Positions 1-9,670 of a DNA stretch of 64,000 bases are shown here, piece after piece. Numbering within the stretch: position 1 is the first letter of the stretch; every line of letters starts with the position of its first letter. The stretch lies in IMG/VR virus record IMGVR_UViG_3300028364_001588. One strand, 5' to 3'. The notes beneath the pieces were generated by a model. It was given only the letters and a program-made list of their open reading frames with translations. It did no database searches and was not told where the DNA came from. A program made the translations under genes and the position numbers. Source of the DNA: a virus.

Positions 1-1797
1 CATCTAATTAATGATGCTGTAATTCCTTTTGATAACGCTGGAACGTCAAGCAAGCTTCCTGTCTACATTAGGCCATCCAGAAAAAGAATGACTGAATACA
101 GAATTCAGCAGTCAAGACTGGAGCGCCAACTATTAAATGAAGCTAAGTTTGACATTCCTGATATTGATGATGAGAAAAGAGATTTTACATATAAAATGCC
201 TTGGCCAAGAAGTATTGATGGATTCAACCCAGATACTAAAGGGACAAAATTTGAAAACTATCAATCTAACATGCTGTTGCTTGCAGGCAACGTTGATATG
301 GACAAAACTGACATTATGGTTAAAACCTTATTGCCAGATAACTACCTTGAATTTGATACTGACACACAGATATATAAAAAGTTTGCATCAGCCTATGCGA
401 AAGAGTTTGATGAGATTAAACAATTTATCGACAACATAGCTTATGGTCACACAATTAATTATAATGACGAAAATAGTGTTCCAGAAAAGTTTTTGGTTAA
501 ATTAAGTAATCTTCTTGGCTGGAAGCTTTCAAGTTCTTTTAGCGAAATTGACCTTTTTGAGTACCTGGCCTCTGAAGAGAATCCTGAACAAAATTCATTT
601 GCATACTACAATGTAGAGATGTGGAAGAGGATATTGATTAATATAAATTGGCTTTACAAGAAAAAAGGAACAAGAGATGCTCTTCAGTTTTTATTTAAAC
701 TAATGGGAGCTCCTGAATGCCTTGTTGTGTTCAACGAGTTTGTGTACGACATACAACAGACTACATCTACTGAGATACCAGACCCAGAAATAAATTTACA
801 ACTTCAGACTGGGGTATCTTTTACAAAAGTAAACCCAAGAGGTTTTCCTAACTATAACTGGAGTAAGTTAATATTCCAAGAAGGAGGAAAAGGAAGAGGT
901 ACTGGTCAAAAATATATTAACCAGTGGGAACCTGAGTTCTTTCCTCTAAAAAGAAATGATAATATCAAAGTTCAAGTTGGAGATACAGGATTTACTGGAA
1001 GTGAGAACGTAATGAACACAAAGGAGCTGTGCGCAACTCTTAGCCCTGCTGCTGCAATTGAGTGCGATGTTAAAGGTTGGTATCAGCAAAGTGGTACATG
1101 CTGGGTGTGGGGAACGCAAGGTATGCCTATTTTTAGCTCAAATACAGTACCTTACGAATATGCTATTGCTAATTGTGATTTTGTCAATCCTGCAGAAATA
1201 TCTGGAATGACACTCACAGAATATACTGAATTTATTTACAAGTCAAACATAGAGCCAAGAAATAGAAAAACAAATGCTCAAGTTCATACTTCATTCTCAT
1301 ACCCTGAGTTAAAGAAGATATATATGAACTATTATTTGATGGCTGACCCTAAATCAAATCAGTTGACTATTAAAAAACTTGAAGCTTTTCTTGATTTGAC
1401 GGAAGTCAACTTCCAGGATTATTTAATGCAACTATTACCTGCTACAACAATTCTTGAATGTCAGGGCACTACTTATAGGAACACTATATTTCACAGACAA
1501 AGATTTGTGTACAAAGAAGGGATTAATGATGGTTCAGAGTTTCAAAACGCTCTACCGCCAGATTTAAGACCTAACATTAAACCGATTCAAATTACTCCTA
1601 AAATAAACGACTTCTTAGAAGGGAGTCTTACTCCAGTTGTAATAAATTCAAGAATTTCTCAAGGTATAAGTAAGAGGATTAATGCGGTTAAAATTAAAGG
1701 ATATATTAACGTCAACGTGTTTGGTGCTGGAATTGAAGGTCATGAAATTTATGGAGAAATTCAACCAGGAGTATCTCAAACTACAATAGCACCATAA
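1..1797 (+). CDS. Baseplate wedge / tail structural protein (P2 gpI / T4 gp7-like motif), 5'-partial
   Basis: Frame 1 is open from base 1, upstream of the ATG at 88. Contains LSNLLGW...WLYKKKGTRDALQFLFKLMG, typical of tail_P2_I-like wedge proteins. Baseplate neighbourhood. Confidence 0.6.
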   Translation, partial: HLINDAVIPFDNAGTSSKLPVYIRPSRKRMTEYRIQQSRLERQLLNEAKFDIPDIDDEKRDFTYKMPWPRSIDGFNPDTKGTKFENYQSNMLLLAGNVDMDKTDIMVKTLLPDNYLEFDTDTQIYKKFASAYAKEFDEIKQFIDNIAYGHTINYNDENSVPEKFLVKLSNLLGWKLSSSFSEIDLFEYLASEENPEQNSFAYYNVEMWKRILININWLYKKKGTRDALQFLFKLMGAPECLVVFNEFVYDIQQTTSTEIPDPEINLQLQTGVSFTKVNPRGFPNYNWSKLIFQEGGKGRGTGQKYINQWEPEFFPLKRNDNIKVQVGDTGFTGSENVMNTKELCATLSPAAAIECDVKGWYQQSGTCWVWGTQGMPIFSSNTVPYEYAIANCDFVNPAEISGMTLTEYTEFIYKSNIEPRNRKTNAQVHTSFSYPELKKIYMNYYLMADPKSNQLTIKKLEAFLDLTEVNFQDYLMQLLPATTILECQGTTYRNTIFHRQRFVYKEGINDGSEFQNALPPDLRPNIKPIQITPKINDFLEGSLTPVVINSRISQGISKRINAVKIKGYINVNVFGAGIEGHEIYGEIQPGVSQTTIAP

Positions 1798-3170
1798 TGA
1801 TAGAGAAAAAATCCATACAAGAAACAACAGGCAACGCTACAAACGTTGCTCAAAGTTTTTATCAAAACATATTCTTTACAACAAAGAATGGAGTCACTGT
1901 TCCTTCTGTTTTCGAAGTTCCACAATATACAACCGTTGGTGGTACGAAGGATTATTACATGCAAGACCCGCTTTCTATATTTACAAACCTTGTAAAGCCT
2001 TTTATTATATTTGACTTTAGCGAAAACACTGCAAGCTTCGGTCCTACTGTTAAAATAAAACATGATGTGTATCGTGTTAGTTGGGATTTGTTTAGCACAG
2101 TTCAAAGTGGCTTAAAATCTTATTCAAATGAAGCAGTTCAAACAGAAGATGTAACAACAGAAACAATTGAAGAGGTTGATAACATCACAGGAGAAATAAA
2201 AAAGAAAACAATTACAAGAACGCTGAGCTCAGACAGCAATGTGCTTAAGTCAAAAAGGAAAGTATCCAACGCAGAAGGAACAAAAGACGAAATGATAACG
2301 ACTCTTCCAACTGTCGCAGATATTCAAGCTCAACTTGATAATCCTATATTTTCAATAACAGCAAGTACAACTGGTATTACTACCAACATATATAACCTTC
2401 AAATAGAGCAGTTTACAAAAAAACTTGGAGAATATAAAACAGAGCTATTCAAAGATAGAGACCAATATATAATTGATACCAATTTTATATTTGAAATTGA
2501 CGTTACAGGCGGGTTAACTGATTACGAAACTGTTGACGAAGATGGAAATGTTTTTGTCAGCACTTATGAAAATCCAAAAACAGGACAAACTGAAAGTTCT
2601 GGAGCAACAATAGGCAAAGGAGAGTTTGAAGGTCTTAATTTTAAGACTGGAGATTATTTCTCATTTTTTGAAGTTCCTGACAAACCTATTCTCGAATACC
2701 CTACGCCAGAGGGTCAAATTGACACTTTTACTCCAGAGATATTTTGGACAAATGGAGAGGGGGCTGATGAATATTTAGTACAAGTTAACTACAACACAGG
2801 AGATACTGGATTTACAGGAACTGTATTTACTTACATTGTTCCTAAATTAGACGAATATAAAGAAGTTGCCATGAGCAAAACCAAAGATACAACTTCTGAA
2901 TTTTCTACAGACAAGACAATTAGAAAGTATCAACTTTCGCTCAAGACAAGTAAATGCTTATTATACAGGGTAGGAAACGTTAAGGTGCTTAAAAATTTAT
3001 TTGATGTTAAACAGAGTGTTGTAACTTTTTCAGATAATAAAACAATATGCACACAGGTTGAGCCGATTAAGACATTTGTTAAAACAGAAAGCGATAGCCC
3101 TTGGACTTCAGAAATAGCAGGGTTGCAATCAGCGCCTTCTATTGATGTGGAAAGTCCTCCGCACCGATAG
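1797..3170 (+). CDS. Putative virion structural protein, possibly C-terminally truncated
   Basis: 457-aa ORF coupled to the upstream gene (TAATG). FN3/Ig-like segment (PEIFWTNGEGADEYLVQVNY). Ends abruptly where an out-of-frame coding fragment begins. Confidence 0.6.
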   Translation: MIEKKSIQETTGNATNVAQSFYQNIFFTTKNGVTVPSVFEVPQYTTVGGTKDYYMQDPLSIFTNLVKPFIIFDFSENTASFGPTVKIKHDVYRVSWDLFSTVQSGLKSYSNEAVQTEDVTTETIEEVDNITGEIKKKTITRTLSSDSNVLKSKRKVSNAEGTKDEMITTLPTVADIQAQLDNPIFSITASTTGITTNIYNLQIEQFTKKLGEYKTELFKDRDQYIIDTNFIFEIDVTGGLTDYETVDEDGNVFVSTYENPKTGQTESSGATIGKGEFEGLNFKTGDYFSFFEVPDKPILEYPTPEGQIDTFTPEIFWTNGEGADEYLVQVNYNTGDTGFTGTVFTYIVPKLDEYKEVAMSKTKDTTSEFSTDKTIRKYQLSLKTSKCLLYRVGNVKVLKNLFDVKQSVVTFSDNKTICTQVEPIKTFVKTESDSPWTSEIAGLQSAPSIDVESPPHR

Positions 3171-3559
3171 AATTAGGTAGTTCTGTTGATTTTTCTGGTG
3201 GTACTTCTGGGGGCGTTATTTACTCTGGAGGGACCGACCTTTATGATATATTCTCTGGAGGAGTTAATACTAATTTTGCAAATACAAACCTAACTCTTAC
3301 TGGAGATAGATTACACACAATTGGGTCTAATAAACTTGTATTTGATGCTGGTTCTGCAAATGGAAGTATTTTATTTTCTGGAGATAGCGCTGTTGACAGT
3401 CAAATAAAACTCATGAACAACTTTTCAAACGAAATGTCGTCATTGGTAGTTATGATTGGGGGCGCATATTTAGATGGAACCGACTCTTCTGGAGTTAAAT
3501 CAAGCCAAATAAAAGCGAGTTCTGGGTCAGCTCCTGCAGAGCGTATGGTTGTGATTTAA
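3146..3559 (+). pseudogene. Fragment of a Gly/Ser-rich fibre-like gene lacking its own start
   Basis: Stop-free frame 3146-3559 reads APIELGSSVDFSGGTSGGVIYSGGTDLYDIFSGGVNTNFANTNLTLTGDRLHT..., with no start codon before this coding-like text. Not in the ORF track. Confidence 0.6.
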
Positions 3560-3564
3560 CTGGA

Positions 3565-4827
3565 GTGCTTGATTTATCTACGATAGCTATACATAATTCT
3601 CTTACATTATTTTTAAACCCAAACCTAACAGGAGTTACTCACTCTGCAACCACTCAATATATGGGTTTTTATGACCTTTCTGATTGTGATATAACAGGCA
3701 ATCACGATATAAGCATGTTTGCAGACTTAGGAGGAACATTTTCTTTAGATGGAAACTCAAACCTAACAGGGATAACGCACACAGGCTCAACAAGCAATTT
3801 CGGTAGCTATAACGTTAGCTCTTGTAATTTAACTGGAAATCATGATGTTAGCATGTTGTTAGGTCTGGGTGGAGACTTTAATGTTTCATCAAACCCTAAC
3901 CTAACAAGTATAACACACGCTGGTTCAACAAGTAATTTTGAAAAATATAGAATTAACTCTACTGGCATTGCGAATCTTGACTTGTCTATGATAACAGTTG
4001 GAGGGGGTACATTTGGTACTTTTTCTGCGAATAATTGCCCAAACCTAACAGCAATTACGCATTCTGCGTCAACAGAATCAATAAAAAGTTATAATGTTTA
4101 TTCTTGTGATTTAATAGGAAATCACGATATAAGCATGCTCTCTAATATGAGCGGAAGCCTTAGTTTTAATTCTAACCTAAATTTAACAAGCGTAACACAC
4201 CCTGCAATAAGCGAGTTAAACACTTATAACGGATATTCATGCGATATGATTGGAACACAAGATATGACCATGATAGATGAGCTTGGTTCATTCAATATGT
4301 ATGCAAATAGTAACTTAACAAGAATATTACACGCACCCTCAAGTAACCCTGGGGACTATACAGCTTGGGGATGCGACCTGCAGCCAGCTCATAATATGTC
4401 GATGCTATCTGGAAGGACTGATTATATAAGAGTTCATGACAACCCAAACTTAACAAGCATAGCGCTTGGGCCTTCTTCTGGCACCTTTAGGAATACAAAC
4501 ACGTCAAGTGCAACAAAAGCAATTAGTATGAATGATTGTGATTTAGGGTTTGTTGATTTTATGCCACTTTCTTCGGCAACGATGAATACTGGAGCAACAC
4601 ACAGAGCCTCAATAACACTTCAAAACAATGGCATGAATGAAGTGGAAGTGAATAGAACACTTGTATCGTTTGATGAAATGTCAACATTAAACCCTTCTGG
4701 CTGGTCTGGTGTAATATTAGACATAAGCGGAAGCAATCAGCCGCCAAATGGCTCAAGCGGAGGATATAATGGAACTGGGGCTACTATTAGTTTAATATCA
4801 AAAGGTTGGACAGTTACAACGTCTTAA
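3565..4827 (+). CDS. LRR/L-domain-like solenoid repeat protein (fibre/adhesin-like), N-terminally truncated
   Basis: About 6 repeats of ~47 aa (CDLTGNHDISML...F.V.SNPNLTSITH). The frame is open from 3499 and the repeat register (AYGCDLTGVLDLS) starts before the GTG, so the native start seems lost. Confidence 0.6.
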   Translation: MLDLSTIAIHNSLTLFLNPNLTGVTHSATTQYMGFYDLSDCDITGNHDISMFADLGGTFSLDGNSNLTGITHTGSTSNFGSYNVSSCNLTGNHDVSMLLGLGGDFNVSSNPNLTSITHAGSTSNFEKYRINSTGIANLDLSMITVGGGTFGTFSANNCPNLTAITHSASTESIKSYNVYSCDLIGNHDISMLSNMSGSLSFNSNLNLTSVTHPAISELNTYNGYSCDMIGTQDMTMIDELGSFNMYANSNLTRILHAPSSNPGDYTAWGCDLQPAHNMSMLSGRTDYIRVHDNPNLTSIALGPSSGTFRNTNTSSATKAISMNDCDLGFVDFMPLSSATMNTGATHRASITLQNNGMNEVEVNRTLVSFDEMSTLNPSGWSGVILDISGSNQPPNGSSGGYNGTGATISLISKGWTVTTS

Positions 4828-4829
4828 TT

Positions 4830-5039
4830 ATGGAAGTTACTCAAGAAAATATAAACGGAACTGTAATAAACAGAACGGATAGCGAAATGTCATGGAGACT
4901 AATTCACGATGGAAACAGGGTTATAGACTTGTTTGAATCGTCTGGAACCACTGTGACCATGTATGATATTTTCCTGGCATCAACCTTAGAAGAGTGTCAA
5001 GCTCAAATCTATTCCTTAGATTTAGACTATAACCCTTAA
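4830..5039 (+). CDS. Small hypothetical protein (fibre-associated?)
   Basis: ATG at 4830, 2 nt after the upstream stop; 69 aa. Confidence 0.55.
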   Translation: MEVTQENINGTVINRTDSEMSWRLIHDGNRVIDLFESSGTTVTMYDIFLASTLEECQAQIYSLDLDYNP

Positions 5040-5911
5040 AGACCTTGAGAAAGATTGAAGAACGTTTGCGCTCTATTAATATTGCTTCTCTCTTCTTTAA
5101 CATCAATGTTACCATCAGAAAACTGTTTCTTCCTTGTAACAAGATTGTATTGTCTATAAAGATTTCCATTGTCATCAAATATTGAGTAAACTCCAGTCTC
5201 AAGGTCTCTTGTTGAGTCTCCGTAAAGAACGTAGCTTAATGTTTTGATTGACTGGTCTACCATTTCAACTTCAACCATAACAGGGTCAAAGAAAGTGTTT
5301 GATATAAGTATTTGCTGACCTGATTTACCAAGGTCAGAACTAACAGTGTTGGTTATTAGACTTGCTTCATCTGGAGTAAGTGTAAGAAATAATTGATTTC
5401 CATTAGGGTCAATTACATAAGTAGTAGAACTTGCGTTTGTTGTGTTATTGTTTGGGTTAACACTTACAAGGTCAGAGCTTGTAATTATTCTATGAAAGTT
5501 TTTAATCTTAACACCATTATCATCAAAATACTCCATTTGGTATCCCACAAGACTTCCAGTGCTTTGAAACTGTAGCTTTGGTATGATTATACCTTTTTTA
5601 GAAATTTGTATCTCCTGGTCGTTATTTGTTATGACGAATGAACAGTCAACTATTTCTGTTTGAAATATTTTTGGCCTAATTAAAAGCAAGTAAAACCCAA
5701 GTTGGTTGAATATGCTGGCTGGAAGTCTTAATTTATATCCACCATCTCCACCAAGCATTTTTCTAAATTCATTATTAGTAACACTATTGTATATTGGTTG
5801 GAAACTTGTGTCACCAAGCGATTCTCTATTTGGAGAATAAGAATATAACACATCAACATCGTTAAAATCTGCGTCACTGAGCTTCACAGTACCATAAGTT
5901 CCTACAGCCAT
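5036..5911 (-). CDS. Putative baseplate/tail structural protein (MAVGTYGT...)
   Basis: 291-aa ORF, last gene of the minus-strand baseplate operon; its start overlaps the endonuclease stop. Confidence 0.6.
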   Translation of the reverse strand: MAVGTYGTVKLSDADFNDVDVLYSYSPNRESLGDTSFQPIYNSVTNNEFRKMLGGDGGYKLRLPASIFNQLGFYLLLIRPKIFQTEIVDCSFVITNNDQEIQISKKGIIIPKLQFQSTGSLVGYQMEYFDDNGVKIKNFHRIITSSDLVSVNPNNNTTNASSTTYVIDPNGNQLFLTLTPDEASLITNTVSSDLGKSGQQILISNTFFDPVMVEVEMVDQSIKTLSYVLYGDSTRDLETGVYSIFDDNGNLYRQYNLVTRKKQFSDGNIDVKEERSNINRAQTFFNLSQGL

Positions 5912-6837
5912 AGTTTTTCTTTTTTATATAAATAATCGGAAATAATTTTATTAACATTTTTTAAATCAAAATAAGGTATTCTCAAAAGGTTAATACCACT
6001 TTTTTTACAATACTCTGTTTTTAATATATCTCTCTGTTTCATTTCCTTAAACTTTATTTTTGCTATAGATTTATCAAAATATAACCTCCAAGGCTCATAG
6101 TGATATTCTCCATCGTATTCTATACATATATTATAATATTGTAAATAGAAATCAAATTTAAGGTGTCTATTTGTCTTAGCGTTCCTGCAATCATCAAAAA
6201 TCTTTTGCTTCTCAAAATCTACATTATTTTTCTTTAAAAATAAAGCCACTTTTCTCTCTCCTTTGGATTCAGAACACTTTTGACAACCAGAACCCATCAG
6301 ATGTATATATGGTTTTTGCTCAAACTCCCCGTGTATTGGACACATTATATTGATGGGCTTGTCATATCTTTCATAGGCAGTTTTCGAATAATCATATTTA
6401 TTATCATGCTTTTCTGATGCATCATCAATGAAGTCTTCTGTAGTCCTGCCGACTCCAGCGCATTTTGGACAACCATTTCCATTAAGGTGTTGATTTGGTT
6501 TCTGCGCAAAATCACCATGCTTAATACAACTAATAACAACTTTAATTTTATTTCCAATATATTTCACCTTTGAGTAGTTGTATCTATCTCCATGAACGTC
6601 CTTTGCTTTTTTAACAAACTCTTTAGTATTTCCGTTTTTATTTCCAGCGCAAATTGAGCAGCCATTTTTAGCTGATACATGTCCATTTGGACTTTGTTCA
6701 AATACACCATGGTCTACACATACAATTTTAATCTTCGTTGAGTTATTTTTGTAATTCACCAAAGAGTAATCATACTTATATCCATGGATGATTTTTGCTT
6801 TTTTAATAAATTCTTCTGTTGTTAGTTTTCTTGGCAT
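5902..6837 (-). mobile_element. Free-standing putative homing endonuclease: DUF723-type Zn-ribbon repeats plus Vsr/DUF559-like PD-(D/E)XK domain
   Basis: Three repeats of H.xxYDYSxxxY...IxCxxHGxFxQxPxxHxxGxGCxxC; C-terminal FDFYL...ICIEYDGEYHY...RDxxKxxYC...LLRIPY. Confidence 0.85.
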
Positions 6838-6866
6838 AAGCCTTTTATTATAAATACATAAGATTT

Positions 6867-6890
6867 TTAAAAATCAACATCAGCTAATTT
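6867..6890 (-). pseudogene. Stranded 5' remnant, part 2 (KLADVDF*), of the 5036-5911 gene
   Basis: AAA TTA GCT GAT GTT GAT TTT TAA matches KLSDADF (residues 10-16) of the intact gene. Confidence 0.7.
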
Positions 6891-6924
6891 TATATTGATT
6901 AAAAATATTTCCATATTTATTAAT

Positions 6925-7476
6925 ATGGACACTATCAGGCTTATAATTAGAGAAGAAATCCGCATCATATTAAACGAAGAACGTCAAGGTGGTGGCTTAA
7001 GTCAGTTTATTAAGAACTGGGGCGATTTTGTATTAGATATTTCTGATTATAGAGAACAAGATTTAGCACAGCTATATAAAGAGGGGGCCAATTCTCTAAG
7101 GTTTAATCTGGAACATAAAGAATTAATTTATCGTGGGATGTCAGTTAATGATGAATGGCTTAATCAATTTATGAAAAGTGATTCTATAAGGTTAGGTAAA
7201 TTCTGGTCTTTCGATAAAGTTGTTAGCAAAGATTTCATGCAAGCTCCAGATGTTTATGATGATGAATTTTCTAAGTTTAAAGGGAAAAATAAATTGTTTA
7301 TTATAGCTAAAGCTCCTGGGTATTTAAGTCATATTGATGTTGATGCTACGGTTGCTCATGGAATTGTCTCATCAGAAAGTGAATTAAGGCTATTAAAAGG
7401 CGCTCCACTTGACGTGGTTTCAATAAAGTTTAACGGCAAGGAGTTGAACTTCGAGAACAAGAATCTAACTTCTTAA
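6925..7476 (+). CDS. Putative R-S-E clade ADP-ribosyltransferase with N-terminal IRLIIREEI motif
   Basis: IYRGM (R), FWSFD (S) and ESELRL (ExE) in canonical order. ATG at 6925, 3 nt after TATTTATT. Confidence 0.6.
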   Translation: MDTIRLIIREEIRIILNEERQGGGLSQFIKNWGDFVLDISDYREQDLAQLYKEGANSLRFNLEHKELIYRGMSVNDEWLNQFMKSDSIRLGKFWSFDKVVSKDFMQAPDVYDDEFSKFKGKNKLFIIAKAPGYLSHIDVDATVAHGIVSSESELRLLKGAPLDVVSIKFNGKELNFENKNLTS

Positions 7477-7488
7477 TAAAAACACTTT

Positions 7489-7527
7489 ATCTGCTAATTT
7501 AACTGTTCCGTAAGTTCCTACTGCCAT
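7489..7527 (-). pseudogene. Stranded 5' remnant, part 1 (MAVGTYGTVKLAD), of the 5036-5911 gene
   Basis: 12 of 13 aa identical to the intact N-terminus, with many synonymous differences; retains a TATTTATA at 7543-7550. Confidence 0.92.
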
Positions 7528-7571
7528 AGTCTTTTTGTTTAATATAAATAATTCATAAAAAAAATAAAACC

Positions 7572-8402
7572 TTAAAGAGAAAACTCTATAAGTTCAAGGC
7601 CTCCATCTTCTTTGTATATGTCCAAATTTAGTTTTAAAGTTTCTCTCAAAGTAGAAAAATTAGATTCAAAAAATTCAAAATCAGTTTGTTTAGAGTTTAT
7701 TATTGTTTCATAAAGATAATTTGCTCCACCAAAATCCGTTATGCTGCCGTCTTTTAGTATTTGTTCTGCAAAAATTAAGAGCCTAAATGAATGCCAAATT
7801 TCCTTCACAGCCCTATATAAATCTCCATTTGAATTAAATTTGCTCTTGGCTATGTTCCAAAGGTCATCTGATTCGAATTTAACTTTGTTTATAAGTTTAT
7901 CACTATCTATGTCAACTGAAAAAGTCTTGTTGTCAATTATAATAAAATTTTCAGGATAGCTAAGAGATTCGATTTCACGCATTTCATGGTTGTCTAATTT
8001 GTTTTGAAAGTCTTCTTGAGAAAAAATGTGAACATCAAAATCGTTTCCATCTATATTTGTTTCTCTAAAAACGTTTCCACTAATATCAGTTGATATTGCT
8101 ATTAAATCCCAGTCAGAACCAACGCCATCAACACCATAAAGCCTTGAGCCTTTTACAGAAGCTAATTGTATTGATTCAATATTGACGCCTATGTTTTCAA
8201 ACACACTCTCAATATCAACAGGTAATTCAATCTTATCTGATGCAGATTTTAATTTAGAAACATTTAAAAAAACAGGGTTTATATCAATGTTTTTAACGAT
8301 TAGTTCTTGTTGTTTTTTGTAACCAATTTTAGTGTTTACGTTCTCATCTGTTTCGAGATTAATATCTACGAACCCTTGTAGTATAATATGTGTTCTTGCC
8401 AT
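7572..8402 (-). CDS. DNA polymerase beta-superfamily nucleotidyltransferase
   Basis: GSRLYG...SDWD motif, third acidic residue in DFDVH, helical C-terminus (WHSFRLLIFAEQI). Confidence 0.75.
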   Translation of the reverse strand: MARTHIILQGFVDINLETDENVNTKIGYKKQQELIVKNIDINPVFLNVSKLKSASDKIELPVDIESVFENIGVNIESIQLASVKGSRLYGVDGVGSDWDLIAISTDISGNVFRETNIDGNDFDVHIFSQEDFQNKLDNHEMREIESLSYPENFIIIDNKTFSVDIDSDKLINKVKFESDDLWNIAKSKFNSNGDLYRAVKEIWHSFRLLIFAEQILKDGSITDFGGANYLYETIINSKQTDFEFFESNFSTLRETLKLNLDIYKEDGGLELIEFSL

Positions 8403-8498
8403 TTTTATATTTATTTTACAATGTCTTATTTGCTACTGATATTTTAGCTTTTTTTTGATAAAACCTACTGCTCCATTAGATTTTAAAACTATAACTCA

Positions 8499-9140
8499 TC
8501 AATAATATCCGTAGCCGTAATTATCTCCTGTAGAATCATCTCCATTGTCTGGGATGAAATCATTCATCACTTCTGTTATATTTTCAAAATAAACCCTCGC
8601 TCTATCGGTTTGGCTATAGCTTCTTCTTATAAAAACAGGGATATAATAACTTGGTTCATATGTAAATGTGGTAAGCGCTGAAAATACTTTTAACTCTCGC
8701 TCTGTTCCGTTAATACTCAGAGGGATATGCTGAAGACCTTTTGATGGTGCTACACCGTTGTACTTAAAAGCTATAGTGTCGATTACAGTCATACCAGTTG
8801 TGCCAACAAGGCTGTTTTCTATAACTTCAGAAGGAGGAAACTGATTGTTCACAACACTTGAATTATAGTAATTATTAAACACATCTGACAATTTTTGGTC
8901 GCTATTGTAAATCTCTCCAAACTCAACAGTTGTTGTTGCTCCAGTTAAATAAGAATAAAAATCATTTATGATAACTAAGTTATCATTGTTATTTAAAAAA
9001 TTTCTAACATTAGAATAGTTAACAATACCGTTTCCAAGCCCTTGAATTTTATTCACCTGGTATCCATTCACATTTTGTAAAGTAGAATTAACTGTCGATG
9101 TTTCTCCAGTAAGTGTGATTAATATTTTGTGCTTTTGCAT
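8499..9140 (-). CDS. Hypothetical protein in baseplate operon
   Basis: 213-aa ORF, tightly packed in the structural operon. Confidence 0.6.
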   Translation of the reverse strand: MQKHKILITLTGETSTVNSTLQNVNGYQVNKIQGLGNGIVNYSNVRNFLNNNDNLVIINDFYSYLTGATTTVEFGEIYNSDQKLSDVFNNYYNSSVVNNQFPPSEVIENSLVGTTGMTVIDTIAFKYNGVAPSKGLQHIPLSINGTERELKVFSALTTFTYEPSYYIPVFIRRSYSQTDRARVYFENITEVMNDFIPDNGDDSTGDNYGYGYY

Positions 9141-9142
9141 TA

Positions 9143-9655
9143 TTATTTATTTATATCTATGTCAAAATAGTCTGCCTTAGATATTATATGATTTGGAACT
9201 ACGTTCACTTTATCAATATCATCAAGAGTTGTTTCTATTGGAGTTCCTTTGTTCCAAGGGAATTCGTTAATACCTATTTGGTCAAACCAAAATATAACTT
9301 CTGAATTACTCGCCTCAGAAACCTCTGCTCTAACGTCACGAATAAAATCAATCATATCATTTGTTAAGTCGCTTCCGTATCTAACTTTATTTTGTGTAAT
9401 ACCATCAAAGAAAGATAATTCAATAAAAAATGGATTAATCTCTTGCCTTGTAATTACCTCAATTTCTTCCTCTCTGTTTATTTGAACATATTCAAACACC
9501 TCATTTGTTCTCGTTAAAAATATAGGCAAATGAAAGTCGAATTCTGGATTGAAATAATATTTCTTATCTTTGTGTAAGAAATTCCAACAACCTGGAGCTA
9601 TCTCCACGGCATCAACGTAAATTTCGTATTGTTGTATGTTATCTATATTCTCCAT
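9143..9655 (-). CDS. Hypothetical protein in baseplate operon
   Basis: ATG at 9655, 4 nt after TATTTATA. Confidence 0.6.
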   Translation of the reverse strand: MENIDNIQQYEIYVDAVEIAPGCWNFLHKDKKYYFNPEFDFHLPIFLTRTNEVFEYVQINREEEIEVITRQEINPFFIELSFFDGITQNKVRYGSDLTNDMIDFIRDVRAEVSEASNSEVIFWFDQIGINEFPWNKGTPIETTLDDIDKVNVVPNHIISKADYFDIDINK

Positions 9656-9670
9656 CAATTATAAATAGTC

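Noticed and set aside
3168-3176. TAG reassignment (genetic code 15) to explain short or broken ORFs
   Set aside because: Long genes are intact in code 11; reading through the TAGs at 3168, 33042 or 39987 does not restore the protein, because the continuations are in other frames.
5902-6837. HNH classification of the DUF723-repeat endonucleases
   Set aside because: The His/Cys residues belong to Zn-ribbon repeats; the C-terminal domain has a D...IEYxG..H Vsr-like signature.
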